Program-made: the position numbers and the translations under genes | Source of the DNA: an uncultured Candidatus Entotheonella sp. | GTDB taxonomy: Bacteria > Tectomicrobia > Entotheonellia > Entotheonellales > Entotheonellaceae | Length of the DNA: 64,000 nucleotides | Direction: 5' to 3' | Assembly (NCBI GenBank): GCA_965215335.1 | Contig: CBDCDA010000002.1 | Span: 1 to 64,000, forward strand | Shown: one piece after another, positions 17,622 through 30,488 of the stretch | Position numbering within the stretch: position 1 is the stretch's first letter | How the letters are laid out: each line of letters opens with the position of its first letter | The notes under the pieces: model-generated | The model's database searches: none | Seen by the model: the letters and a program-made list of their open reading frames with translations, nothing else | What the model was told of the DNA's origin: nothing

Positions 17622-18956
17622 GTGGACTTGCTGATTCGCGGCGGCCGGGTCGTCGACCCGGAGCAGGGGCTGGACGCCCACTTGGACGTGCGCGTAGCCG
17701 AGGGTCGCATTGCCGAGATTGGACGCGAACTACCGTTTCCTTCCCCTGTTCCCTCCCTCAAGGAGAGGGCGATGTCGCCCGCGGGCGGGTCGCCGTCCGT
17801 GGCGCCGCGGGTTGTGGAAGCGACTGGCTGGATCGTGGCGCCGGGCTTCATCGACATGCATGTCCACTTCGGCGAGCCGGGCTACGAGCACCGCGAAACG
17901 ATTGCCAGCGGACTTACCGCCGCCGCGGCCGGCGGCTTTACATCGGTGGCGATGATGCCGGATACCCAGCCGGTACACGACACGCCGACGGTGACCGAAT
18001 ACATCGTGCGGCGCGCCGGCATCGCATGCGGGACCCGACTCTACCCGGCCGGCGCCGTGACCGCGGGCTTGCAGGGCGAATCACTGGCCGAAATTGGCGG
18101 CATGCACAAAGCCGGTATCGTCGCCCTGTCGGACGCCCCCCAGTCCATTGGCAGCGCTCGCCTGATGCGTCGCGCCATGGAGTACGGCTGCATGTTTGGT
18201 CTGCCGATCCTGTCGTATTGCGAGGATCGCGGGCTCGCCGGCGCCGGCGTCATGCACGAGGGCATGGTTTCCACCGCACTCGGGCTGCCGGGAATGCCGG
18301 CGGCAGCGGAAAGCGTCACCGTGTACCGAGACGTCCAGCTGGCGGCTTTGAGCGGCGCCCATCTGCACGTGCAGCACGTGAGCACTGCGGAAACGGTCAG
18401 CCTCTTGCGGCGTGCCAAGGACCGGGGCTTGAACGTGACGGCGGAGACTTGCCCGCATTATCTCACGCTGACCGACGAGGCGGTCAGGGGCTACGACACC
18501 AACACCAAGGTCAACCCGCCGCTGCGCCCGACGCCGGACGTCAAGGCGGTGCGGACCGGCCTGCGGGACGGCACAATTGACGCGATCGCTTCCGATCACT
18601 TGCCGCAACACGTGGCTGACAAGGAACAGGATTACCTGACAGCCGCGCCGGGCATGATCGGCCTGGAAACCAGCGTCGGCCTGGCCATGCGGCTGTACCA
18701 CGACGGTGTGCTGACTCTGCCGCAACTGGTCGCCGCCTGCACGAGCCACCCGGCCCGCATTCTCGGTCTGCCGCACGGCACGCTGCGGGCCGGGGAGTTG
18801 GCCGACATCACCCTGCTCGATCCCGAGTGCGAGGTCGAAGTTGACGCGGCCGCCCTGCACTCACGCAGCCACAACACCCCATTCCTGGGTTGGCGGATTC
18901 GCGGCGCGGCGATGGCGACGATTGTCGGGGGGAGGATCATTTTTGAGCGCAAGTAA
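17622..18956 (+). CDS. pyrC: Long-form dihydroorotase(-like) protein, possibly inactive PyrC'
   Basis: Type I DHOase motifs (DMHVH, AAAAGGFT, AETCPHYL, KVNPPLR, ASDH) directly after pyrB; several active-site substitutions. Confidence 0.88.
   Translation: MDLLIRGGRVVDPEQGLDAHLDVRVAEGRIAEIGRELPFPSPVPSLKERAMSPAGGSPSVAPRVVEATGWIVAPGFIDMHVHFGEPGYEHRETIASGLTAAAAGGFTSVAMMPDTQPVHDTPTVTEYIVRRAGIACGTRLYPAGAVTAGLQGESLAEIGGMHKAGIVALSDAPQSIGSARLMRRAMEYGCMFGLPILSYCEDRGLAGAGVMHEGMVSTALGLPGMPAAAESVTVYRDVQLAALSGAHLHVQHVSTAETVSLLRRAKDRGLNVTAETCPHYLTLTDEAVRGYDTNTKVNPPLRPTPDVKAVRTGLRDGTIDAIASDHLPQHVADKEQDYLTAAPGMIGLETSVGLAMRLYHDGVLTLPQLVAACTSHPARILGLPHGTLRAGELADITLLDPECEVEVDAAALHSRSHNTPFLGWRIRGAAMATIVGGRIIFERK
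17739..17770. repeat. CCCTCCCTCAAGG palindromic element in frame within pyrC
   Basis: Shares an exact 13-nt core with 27353-27385; encodes PSPVPSLKERA. Confidence 0.65.
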
Positions 18957-18971
18957 GGAGCACAAAACGCC

Positions 18972-20060
18972 ATGCGGGCCTTGTTAGCCTTGGCAGACGG
19001 AACGGTTTTCGAGGGCAAGTCCTTCGGCGCGCCTGGAGAGGTCGCCGGAGAAGTGGTGTTCAACACCAGCATGATGGGCTACCAGGAGATCCTCACCGAC
19101 CCGTCGTACAAGGGGCAGATCGTCACCATGACGTATCCCCTCATCGGCAACTATGGCGTCAACGAGGAGGATTTCGAGTCGAGAAAGCCTTGGGCCGAGG
19201 GGCTGGTCGTGAAGGAATGCAGCCCGGTGGTCAGCAGCTGGCGCGCCCGGCAGAGTCTGCCCGACTTCATGCGCGAGCACGGCATCGTTGGCATCGAGGG
19301 CATCGACACGCGCACGCTGACTCGCCGCCTGCGCGACCGCGGCGCCCAAGAGGGCATTATTTCGACCCTCGAACCGGACCCTGACGCCTTGGTAGCGAGG
19401 GCGCGCGGCGTCCCGTCGATGAGCGGCCAGGACCTGGTAAGAGACGTCACCTGCGAAGCGCCGTATGACTGGACGGGAGAGCCCATAGTTCCCGCCGCAC
19501 CGTTTGTCGTCGCCTACGACTACGGCATCAAGCACAACATCTTGCGCTGCCTCACCCGCCGCGGTTGCCGCGTGCACGTGGTGCCGGCCGGCATGCCCGC
19601 CGAAGCGATGCTTGATCTCCAGCCCGACGGCGTCTTTCTGTCCAACGGCCCCGGAGACCCGGCAGCCCTGCCGACGGCCATCGAACAGGTACGCCGCTTT
19701 ATCGGCGTCAAGCCGATCATGGGCATCTGCCTCGGCCATCAGATTCTCGCGCTCGCCAGCGGCGCCGAAACCGTGAAGCTGAAGTTCGGCCACCACGGCG
19801 GCAACCAGCCCATCCGCGACCTACACACCGAGCGCGTCCTGATCACGGCGGAAAACCACGGTTTCGCCGTCGACCCCCGCACCCTGCCGGACGCCCTGGA
19901 AGTGACCCACATCAATCTGAATGACAACGTCGTCGAAGGGGTCAGGCACCGCGAGCTGCCGGTGTTCTCGGTGCAGTTCCACCCGGAGGCGTCCCCTGGA
20001 CCGCACGACGCCTTTGACCTGTTTGCGCCGTTTCTCACCAGCATGCGACAAGGGAGTTGA
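18972..20060 (+). CDS. carA: Carbamoyl-phosphate synthase small subunit
   Basis: [49 protein letters not shown]. Confidence 0.97.
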   Translation: MRALLALADGTVFEGKSFGAPGEVAGEVVFNTSMMGYQEILTDPSYKGQIVTMTYPLIGNYGVNEEDFESRKPWAEGLVVKECSPVVSSWRARQSLPDFMREHGIVGIEGIDTRTLTRRLRDRGAQEGIISTLEPDPDALVARARGVPSMSGQDLVRDVTCEAPYDWTGEPIVPAAPFVVAYDYGIKHNILRCLTRRGCRVHVVPAGMPAEAMLDLQPDGVFLSNGPGDPAALPTAIEQVRRFIGVKPIMGICLGHQILALASGAETVKLKFGHHGGNQPIRDLHTERVLITAENHGFAVDPRTLPDALEVTHINLNDNVVEGVRHRELPVFSVQFHPEASPGPHDAFDLFAPFLTSMRQGS

Positions 20061-20061
20061 A

Positions 20062-23337
<3,276 letters not shown>

Positions 23338-23354
23338 AAGGGGCCGTTGTGCCG

Positions 23355-24281
23355 ATGCCCGACCTGCGGGTGACCGTTGCCGGGCTGCTCCTGCAAAACC
23401 CCATCATCGCGGCGTCGGGTACCTGTGGATACGGCGAAGAGTTGCATCCCTTCGTCGACCTCAACTGCCTGGGCGGTGTCGTGGTGAAAGGCTTGTCGCT
23501 CGCACCGCATCCCGGCAATCCAGCGCCGCGGCTCGTCGAGACGACGGCCGGCATGCTCAACTCCGTCGGTCTCCAGAACATCGGCATCAAGGCATTCCTG
23601 CGCGACAAGCTGCCGCGCCTGCGGGATTATCGCACGCACATCGTGGTCAATTTCTTCGGCGATTCGCCGGAGGAATACGCCGCCGTGGCGGCTCGTGCCA
23701 GTGAGGCGGAAGGCATCGCGGCCCTCGAAGCCAACATTTCCTGCCCCAACATCCGGCACGGTGGGATGTCGTTCAGCAGCGACGCGCGCCTGACGGCAGA
23801 GGTCGTCACGAAAATGCGCCAAGCCACCCACCTGCCGCTGTGGGTCAAGCTCAGCCCGAACGTCACCGACGTCACGAAAGTCGCCCGCGCCGCCGAGGAG
23901 GCCGGCGCCGATGCAATCTCCCTGATCAACACGTTGCTGGGCATGGCCATCGACCTGGAGGCGCGACGGGCGGCGTTGCCGCTCGGTTTCGGCGGCCTTT
24001 CGGGGCCAGCTATCAAGCCCATCGCGCTGCGTATGGTCTGGCAGGTGGCCCAGGCGGTACGTATTCCCGTCGTCGGGCTGGGCGGCATCATGAACGGCCA
24101 AGACGCGCTGGAATTTCTCCTGGCTGGCGCTGCGGCGTGCCAGGTGGGCACGGCAAGCTTCGCAGACCCCGCCGCCTGCCGAAAAATCATACGCGAAATG
24201 GGCGACTACCTGCGCCGTCGCGGCATCGCCACGGCGGCCGAACTCTGCGGCAAGCTTCACATAGCTCCGTTAGAAGGATGA
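23355..24281 (+). CDS. pyrD: Dihydroorotate dehydrogenase, family 1 (1B-like)
   Basis: NPIIAASGT, GMLNSVGLQN, NISCPN, KLSPNV, GGLSGPAIKP; alternative TTG start at 23334. Confidence 0.94.
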   Translation: MPDLRVTVAGLLLQNPIIAASGTCGYGEELHPFVDLNCLGGVVVKGLSLAPHPGNPAPRLVETTAGMLNSVGLQNIGIKAFLRDKLPRLRDYRTHIVVNFFGDSPEEYAAVAARASEAEGIAALEANISCPNIRHGGMSFSSDARLTAEVVTKMRQATHLPLWVKLSPNVTDVTKVARAAEEAGADAISLINTLLGMAIDLEARRAALPLGFGGLSGPAIKPIALRMVWQVAQAVRIPVVGLGGIMNGQDALEFLLAGAAACQVGTASFADPAACRKIIREMGDYLRRRGIATAAELCGKLHIAPLEG

Positions 24282-24416
24282 CGCAGCGCCCACCGCCGAA
24301 CCCCGGCCAATGGCAATGCGCCTGCATATCGTCTATAGTGCCCCGGTTCCGTCTGACCTCACCATGCCGAGTCCGCTCTGCAAGCGGCGCTGGACTTCCA
24401 CAAGAAAGCAGACATC

Positions 24417-25223
24417 ATGTTACCAGGACTGAGACGAAACGCGACCGGACAAAAGCGAGAAAAATCCGCTTTCCGTGAATACGCCGAATCGATCATTTTT
24501 GCCGTCGTTCTGGCCCTCATCCTGCGCCAGTTTGTCGTGCAGGCCTTCAAGATCCCATCGGGATCCATGGAGGACACCCTGCTCATCGGTGACCACATTC
24601 TGGTCAACAAATTTCTCTATCACTTCACCGATCCCAAACAATTCGACGTTATCGTCTTCCGGTATCCTTGGGACGATGAGCGCGACTTCATCAAGCGCGT
24701 CATCGGGCTCCCCGGCGACCGGGTGGAAGTTCACGACCGACAAGTTTACGTGAACGGCGAGCCGCTGGGGCAGGAATGGTACCTGCACGAGACGGCGTTC
24801 GAGGGACACAAGAAAAACTTCGGACCGATCATCGTCCCGCGGGCGGGGGACACGGTCGAGATCCGGCAGGATCAGAACCTCTACCTGAACAACGAACACG
24901 TTCCTATTCCCTCAGGGTTGTTTGATCCACGCGGCCCCAGTCAGTTGATGGACGGTTTTCAGGTGTTTTACGGGCCACTGTTCCCGCCCGGAACGACTCT
25001 GCGGCAGCCGGTCGGGCCCTTACGAGTCGAGCACGATTACTACTTCACGCTGGGCGACAACCGCGCCAACAGCCGGGACAGCCGCTTCTGGGGTCTGGTA
25101 CGCAGCACGCGCATCAAGGGCAAAGCCTTCTTCATCTACTGGTCATGGAACCGCGCCACCAGCTTTCCGGACTACATCCGCTGGGACAGACTCGGCAAGT
25201 TGTTGCAACCGCCGTCGCTCTGA
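24417..25223 (+). CDS. lepB: Signal peptidase I
   Basis: FKIPSGSMEDTL, FIKRVIGLPGD, GDNRANSRDSRFWG. Confidence 0.95.
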   Translation: MLPGLRRNATGQKREKSAFREYAESIIFAVVLALILRQFVVQAFKIPSGSMEDTLLIGDHILVNKFLYHFTDPKQFDVIVFRYPWDDERDFIKRVIGLPGDRVEVHDRQVYVNGEPLGQEWYLHETAFEGHKKNFGPIIVPRAGDTVEIRQDQNLYLNNEHVPIPSGLFDPRGPSQLMDGFQVFYGPLFPPGTTLRQPVGPLRVEHDYYFTLGDNRANSRDSRFWGLVRSTRIKGKAFFIYWSWNRATSFPDYIRWDRLGKLLQPPSL

Positions 25224-26047
25224 CGAGCGTCCCCATTCGATATCAACTGCCGCAGCGTCTCGCTGAGCTGGGCAAACTGGGCGACAGGCAGTTCCTGCGC
25301 CCGTGCGTTGCTGCCGAGGCCGAGGGCGTCGAACGCCTGTGCGATGACGGCTTGGGTAAGAGACGGGTCGGGGAAGTCGAGCAAGTTACCCCGCAGCAGC
25401 TTGCGGCGGCGGGCAAAGGCATGCCGGACGACGTGAAAGAAGAACGGCTCGTCGCAGCTCTGCCACGGCAGTTCGGCATAGGGCGTCAAGGTGATGACGG
25501 TTGAATCGACAGCGGGCACGGGCGTGAAGGCGTGCCGCGAGACGTCGAAGGCGTGCCGCAAGTCGGCGTAATACTGGAAATACACGGACGTGGCACTGTA
25601 CGCCGACGAGTCGGCCTCGGCGAGCAGTCGGGCGGCCACTTCCTTTTGCAGCATGACGACGAGGCGGCTCAGTCGGTGGCGGAAGCGAAAGAGTTGTGTC
25701 AGAATCGCCATGCTCGCTTGATACGGCAGATTGGCTACGACGGCCAAGGGCTGCGGCAGTTGATCGTAATCGTAGGCCCGCGCGTCGGCCTGCAGGATGT
25801 GAACGTGCGACGCCGCGGCGAACTGTCGCCGCATGGCCTGGACGTAGCGCGGGTCGATCTCCAGGGCGTACAGATCTGCCGCTTGGCGGGCCAGCTCAGT
25901 GGTGAGAATCCCGCTGCCCGGGCCGATTTCCAGCACGGTCTCGCCGACCGTGAGGGCAGCACTTTGCAAGATTTTTTCGACGACCGATCGGTCGCGCAGA
26001 AACACCTGTCCCAGACGCTTACGACGATGCGAGATGTGTCTTGCCAC
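25172..26047 (-). CDS. rsmA: 16S rRNA m6(2)A1518/1519 dimethyltransferase
   Basis: KRLGQVFL, LEIGPGSG, VANLPY, MLQKEVA, FTPVPAVDS; GTG start inferred from RBS. Confidence 0.93.
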   Translation of the reverse strand: MARHISHRRKRLGQVFLRDRSVVEKILQSAALTVGETVLEIGPGSGILTTELARQAADLYALEIDPRYVQAMRRQFAAASHVHILQADARAYDYDQLPQPLAVVANLPYQASMAILTQLFRFRHRLSRLVVMLQKEVAARLLAEADSSAYSATSVYFQYYADLRHAFDVSRHAFTPVPAVDSTVITLTPYAELPWQSCDEPFFFHVVRHAFARRRKLLRGNLLDFPDPSLTQAVIAQAFDALGLGSNARAQELPVAQFAQLSETLRQLISNGDARQSDGGCNNLPSLSQRM

Positions 26048-26191
26048 GTGCCGTTTTTCCTTTCCTTCACGGACCCAGATCGGTCCAAAACCCGGGGTCA
26101 ACGCCCGTCAGCGTAGTATAGCCGTTGGCATGGAGGGGACAAGGCTCGCCAGCTGAAGCCCGTCCTCGCCTTTGAGGCCGAAGGAACAGCC

Positions 26192-27409
26192 GTGAAAATC
26201 CATGAGTACCAGGCCAAGACGATCTTGCGGGAGCATGGCGTGCCCGTTCCGGCGGGGTCGCCAGCGGCTTCCGTGGCCCAGGCGAGACAAGTGGCCGAGA
26301 CGCTTGGCGGCGAACGCTGGGTTGTCAAAGCGCAGATTCACGCCGGCGGGCGCGGCAAGGGGGGCGGCATCCGGCGGGCTGCCAGCCCCGCAGAAGTGGA
26401 GTACTGCGCCGGGCAACTGCTGGGAAGCCGCCTGGTGACATCGCAAACCGGGCCGCAGGGCCAGGAAGTGCGGCAGGTTCTGATCGAGGAAGGCTGCGAC
26501 ATCGCCCAAGAGTTGTATTGCAGCCTGTTCATCGACCGCGCCGCCGGCCAACCGACCCTGATGCTCAGCCCCGCCGGGGGCATGGACATCGAGACGGTGG
26601 CGGCCGAGTACCCCGAGAAAATCTTCCGTACCCATGTAGACATGCTGATCGGCTTGGCCGACTTCCAGACCCGCGGACTCGTCGCCAACCTGCCCGTCAG
26701 TGCCGCGGCGCAACGCGCCCTGGCGCCCCTGCTGCGACAATTCTACGGCGTGTTCCGCGCCAAGGACTGCTCCCTGCTGGAGATCAACCCGCTGATCCTG
26801 ACGCCCGACGACCGTCCCGTAGTTCTGGACGCCAAAATGCAGTTCGACGACAACGCCCTGTTCCGTCATTCCGACGTTGCCGCGCTGCGCGACCCCGCCG
26901 AGGAAGACCCGCTGGAAGTCGAAGCGGCCGCGCATGACCTTGCGTACATCAAACTCTCCGGCAACGTCGGCTGCATCGTCAACGGCGCCGGCTTGGCCAT
27001 GGCCACGATGGACGCCATCCAACTGGCTGGCGCCTCGCCAGCCAATTTTCTGGACGTTGGTGGCGCCGCTGATGCCGACAGGGTGGAGAACGCGTTTCGC
27101 ATTCTGATGGCTGACCCGCACGTCAAGGCCGTGCTGATCAACGTCTTCGGGGGCATTCTGCGCTGCGACGTGTTTGCGGAAGGCGTCTTGCACGCGGTGT
27201 CCAAGGTCGTGGTGGAGGTCCCGGTGATCGTTCGCATTGCCGGCACCAACGCCGAAGAAGGCCAGCGGCTATTCGCCGAGTCGGGCCTGAATTTTTTGGT
27301 AGCGGACGACATGGCAGACGCCGCCGACAAGGTGTCGCAGGCCACCCATTCACCCCTCCCCAACCCCTCCCTCAAGGGAAGGGGCTTCATTTCGCAGGAC
27401 GCACAATGA
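26192..27409 (+). CDS. sucC: Succinyl-CoA synthetase beta subunit
   Basis: [44 protein letters not shown]. Confidence 0.97.
   Translation: MKIHEYQAKTILREHGVPVPAGSPAASVAQARQVAETLGGERWVVKAQIHAGGRGKGGGIRRAASPAEVEYCAGQLLGSRLVTSQTGPQGQEVRQVLIEEGCDIAQELYCSLFIDRAAGQPTLMLSPAGGMDIETVAAEYPEKIFRTHVDMLIGLADFQTRGLVANLPVSAAAQRALAPLLRQFYGVFRAKDCSLLEINPLILTPDDRPVVLDAKMQFDDNALFRHSDVAALRDPAEEDPLEVEAAAHDLAYIKLSGNVGCIVNGAGLAMATMDAIQLAGASPANFLDVGGAADADRVENAFRILMADPHVKAVLINVFGGILRCDVFAEGVLHAVSKVVVEVPVIVRIAGTNAEEGQRLFAESGLNFLVADDMADAADKVSQATHSPLPNPSLKGRGFISQDAQ
27353..27385. repeat. CCCCTCCCCAACCCCTCCCTCAAGGGAAGGGG palindromic element in frame in the sucC tail
   Basis: Hairpin CCCCTCCCT-CA-AGGGAAGGGG; encodes [11 protein letters not shown]; related to 17739-17770. 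Confidence 0.7.
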
Positions 27410-28290
27410 GTATTCTGGTCGACGAAAACACCCGATTGCTGGTTCAGGGCATGGGGCGAGAGGGGCGCTTTCACGCCGAGCAGGCGGTGGACTACGGCAC
27501 ACGCTATGTCGGCGGCGTGAATCCGGGCCGCGGCGGCGGCGCGGCCTTGGGGCGGCCGTTGTTCAACACGGTGGCGAGCGCCGTGGCCGATACTGGGGCA
27601 AACACCAGCATCATTTTCGTGCCCGCGCCGTTCGCAGCGGACGCCATCTGCGAGGCGGTCGACGCCGGCATCGGCCTGATCGTCTGCATTACCGACGGCA
27701 TTCCGGTACTCGACATGGTCACGGTGCGGCGCTACATGGCTGGCAAAAACACCATTCTGATCGGCCCCAATTGTCCGGGCGTCATTTCGCCGGGGAAAGC
27801 CAAAGTGGGCATCATGCCGGGACACATTCACCAACCCGGACGTGTCGGGGTCATCTCCCGCAGCGGCACGCTGACCTACGAGGCTGTGGCGCAGCTCACG
27901 GCGCGCGGCATCGGGCAATCCACCTGTGTCGGCATCGGTGGCGACCCTGTCGGCGGTCTTGATTTCGTCCAGTGCCTGAGCCTGTTCGAGGCGGATGCGG
28001 ACACCGACGTCATGGTTCTGATCGGGGAGATCGGCGGCTCCGCGGAAGAAGAAGCGGCCGCCTATATTGCCGAGTACGTCAGCAAGCCGGTGGTGGGGTT
28101 TGTCGCCGGACAAAGCGCGCCCGCGGGCCGGCGCATGGGCCACGCCGGGGCGATTGTCGACGGCGCCCGAGGCACTGCGGCCTCGAAAATGGCAGCTATG
28201 GAAGAGAACGGTCTCACGGTCGTGCGCAGCCCTGCCGGCATCGGCGCGGCGGTGGCGGACGTACTGGCGGGAACGTCTGAAGAGGAATAA
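27406..28290 (+). CDS. sucD: Succinyl-CoA synthetase alpha subunit
   Basis: [30 protein letters not shown]. Confidence 0.97.
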   Translation: MSILVDENTRLLVQGMGREGRFHAEQAVDYGTRYVGGVNPGRGGGAALGRPLFNTVASAVADTGANTSIIFVPAPFAADAICEAVDAGIGLIVCITDGIPVLDMVTVRRYMAGKNTILIGPNCPGVISPGKAKVGIMPGHIHQPGRVGVISRSGTLTYEAVAQLTARGIGQSTCVGIGGDPVGGLDFVQCLSLFEADADTDVMVLIGEIGGSAEEEAAAYIAEYVSKPVVGFVAGQSAPAGRRMGHAGAIVDGARGTAASKMAAMEENGLTVVRSPAGIGAAVADVLAGTSEEE

Positions 28291-28293
28291 GAA

Positions 28294-28722
28294 TTGGAAC
28301 GCACGTTAGCCATCATCAAACCGGATGCCGTGGGACGCAACCTGGCCGGCAACATCATTGCGCGCTTGCAAGGCGAGGGGTTCGTCGTTCTGGGGCTGAA
28401 AATGACTCGTCTCAGCCAGGACGACGCCAAGCGGTTTTACGCCGTGCACCGCGAGCGGCCTTTCTTCGACAGCCTGACCGTCTACATGGCATCGGGGCCA
28501 ATCATTCCTTTGCTGTTGCAGCGCGGTGAGGCGATCACGACCTTGCGCGACGTGATGGGCGCCACCGATCCGAGCCAGGCGGCGCCGGGCACCCTACGGC
28601 ACGAATTCGGCGTCGACGTGGAGAAAAATTCCATCCACGGGTCCGATTCGCCCTCCTCGGCAGCCCAGGAAATTCCGTTCTTCTTCAGCCAGCTGGAGTG
28701 TCACGGAGTCGAACGGAGATGA
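28294..28722 (+). CDS. ndk: Nucleoside diphosphate kinase
   Basis: ERTLAIIKPDAV, MGATDP, NSIHGSDS. Confidence 0.96.
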   Translation: MERTLAIIKPDAVGRNLAGNIIARLQGEGFVVLGLKMTRLSQDDAKRFYAVHRERPFFDSLTVYMASGPIIPLLLQRGEAITTLRDVMGATDPSQAAPGTLRHEFGVDVEKNSIHGSDSPSSAAQEIPFFFSQLECHGVERR

Positions 28723-28854
28723 GATCTGCACAGGCAGATGGGGATGACTTGCCTTGAAGGTCTGATTAATGGTTGAAGACCCTGCTGGTGGGCTGAAACG
28801 GCTTCCAAAGCGTTGAAGCCGCTCCCGAAGAAGGGATCGGAGAAGGGATCGGAC

Positions 28855-29261
28855 AGGCTGCGCTCCCGTCCTCGGCCAGAAGTTCGCGCAGCAAATGCAA
28901 CCGCGGCCACATCATGCACAGCCACTTGTCATGGCGTTCCAGGTCTTCGCCGTCCACCGGGCTCTTGTCCTGGAGCTACTCCTGCATCAGCGGGCTGTTC
29001 ACGTTGTCGTTGTACACCCAGTTTTCGTTGCCGGTGTTGTAGGGGGGCAATGTAAGATGCAGTGTACCGTCCGCCATAGCGCGGCAACAGCGCCTTGAGG
29101 GCGTGGAGGCTATCGCCGTGGATGATCAGGTTGTCGTCCCAGGAAGGCGCGGGGCCGTTCGAGGGGAGCGATTTCGAGGCGTCCGGCTCCAGCGTGCGCG
29201 CAGGAACGGTCAGGTGGTGGGCGTGGACAATCTGCTTGCCTTTGAAGTCCAGTGTCGGCAT
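28855..29261 (-). pseudogene. Type III R-M Mod-like DNA methyltransferase, 5' relic
   Basis: MPTLDFKGKQIV...NLIIHGDSLHALKALLP, frameshifted (D)PPYNTGNENWVYNDNVNSP, internal TAG, RHDKWLCMMWPRLHLLRELLAEDG, then truncation. Confidence 0.88.
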
Positions 29262-29345
29262 GACACCTCATTCCAAATCGAGTGACTACCCACGAGTCCG
29301 CAAAACCCGGTGCATCCGAACTGGCCACCGGGCATCTGTCACGGA

Positions 29346-30467
29346 TCACGGGCCGTAGACGGTGAGAGAGCGTTGCCGGTCCCGGTGCCGTTCGATGGCG
29401 AGGCTCACGAGGTTGTCGATCAGTTGCGCGTATGATACCCCTCCCGCCTCCCACAGCTTGGGGTACATACTGATGGTGGTAAAACCAGGCAGGGTATTGA
29501 TTTCGTTCACGTAGGGTTTGCCGGTGGAGGTCTCGAAGAAGAAGTCCACCCGCGCCAGCCCGGCGGCGTCGACCGCTTGGAAAGCGGTCACCGCCATGGC
29601 GCGCAGGTCTTCGGCGAGGCCGGCAGCGATGTCGGCGGGGATGCGTAGCTCGCTCGATTCGTCGTCGCTGTACTTCGCCCGGTAATCGTAAAACTCGCGC
29701 GACGGAATAATTTCGCCGATGACCGAAGCTTGCGGTTCATCATTTCCCAGGACGCTGCACTCAAACTCGCGGCAGTCCAGCCCCTGTTCGACCAGCACGC
29801 GACGGTCATAGCGGCACGCCAAACCCAGGGCGTCCGACAGTCCGGCCGCGTCATTCACCTTGGAAATTCCCACACTCGATCCCAGGTTTGCCGGCTTGAC
29901 GAACACCGGCAGCCGCAGCCTTTGCAAGGTACGGTCGCGGACAACCGCCGGCTGCCGCTCCCACTCGTGGCGCCGGACGAGCAGGTGCGGCACCACGGGC
30001 AGACCGGCAGCGGCGAAGAGCGTCTTCATGACGTCCTTGTCCATGCCGGCAGCCGACCCCAGCACCCCCGATCCGACGTAGGGCACGTTGGCGAGTTCCA
30101 GCAGCCCTTGCACGGTGCCGTCTTCGCCGTAGGTGCCGTGCAGCAGCGGAAACACGACGTCCACCGCCTGCGCCTGCTGCGGCTGGACCTCGGCTTTGGA
30201 CAACGGCAACAAGCCGGGCTGCTGGGGATCGCTGGAAAACAAGGCTACCGAAGTAGCGGCAGGATGAGCGCCGGCAGCAAGCCGGGCGGGTTCAATCCCT
30301 GGAAACCAACGCCCTTCGGGCGTCAGGTAAACGGGCAAAACGTCGTGTTTGCCCCTGTCGATGGCCTGCATGACCGACGTGGCCGAGGCGATGGACACGT
30401 CGTGTTCCCCCGAACGACCGCCGTAGAGGAGAGCGAGACGAATTTTGGACGAGGCGTCTTTCGGCAT
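29346..30467 (-). CDS. ddl: D-alanine--D-alanine ligase
   Basis: YGGRSGEHDVS, LHGTYGEDG, FVKPANLGSSVG, FYDYRAKY, NEINTLPGFT, SMYP. Confidence 0.96.
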   Translation of the reverse strand: MPKDASSKIRLALLYGGRSGEHDVSIASATSVMQAIDRGKHDVLPVYLTPEGRWFPGIEPARLAAGAHPAATSVALFSSDPQQPGLLPLSKAEVQPQQAQAVDVVFPLLHGTYGEDGTVQGLLELANVPYVGSGVLGSAAGMDKDVMKTLFAAAGLPVVPHLLVRRHEWERQPAVVRDRTLQRLRLPVFVKPANLGSSVGISKVNDAAGLSDALGLACRYDRRVLVEQGLDCREFECSVLGNDEPQASVIGEIIPSREFYDYRAKYSDDESSELRIPADIAAGLAEDLRAMAVTAFQAVDAAGLARVDFFFETSTGKPYVNEINTLPGFTTISMYPKLWEAGGVSYAQLIDNLVSLAIERHRDRQRSLTVYGP

Positions 30468-30488
30468 GCGAGCCTTTCAGGGGAGACC

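Noticed and set aside
25172..25223. 52-nt convergent overlap of lepB and rsmA
   Set aside because: Both overlapping tails are short and non-conserved; likely stop-codon drift
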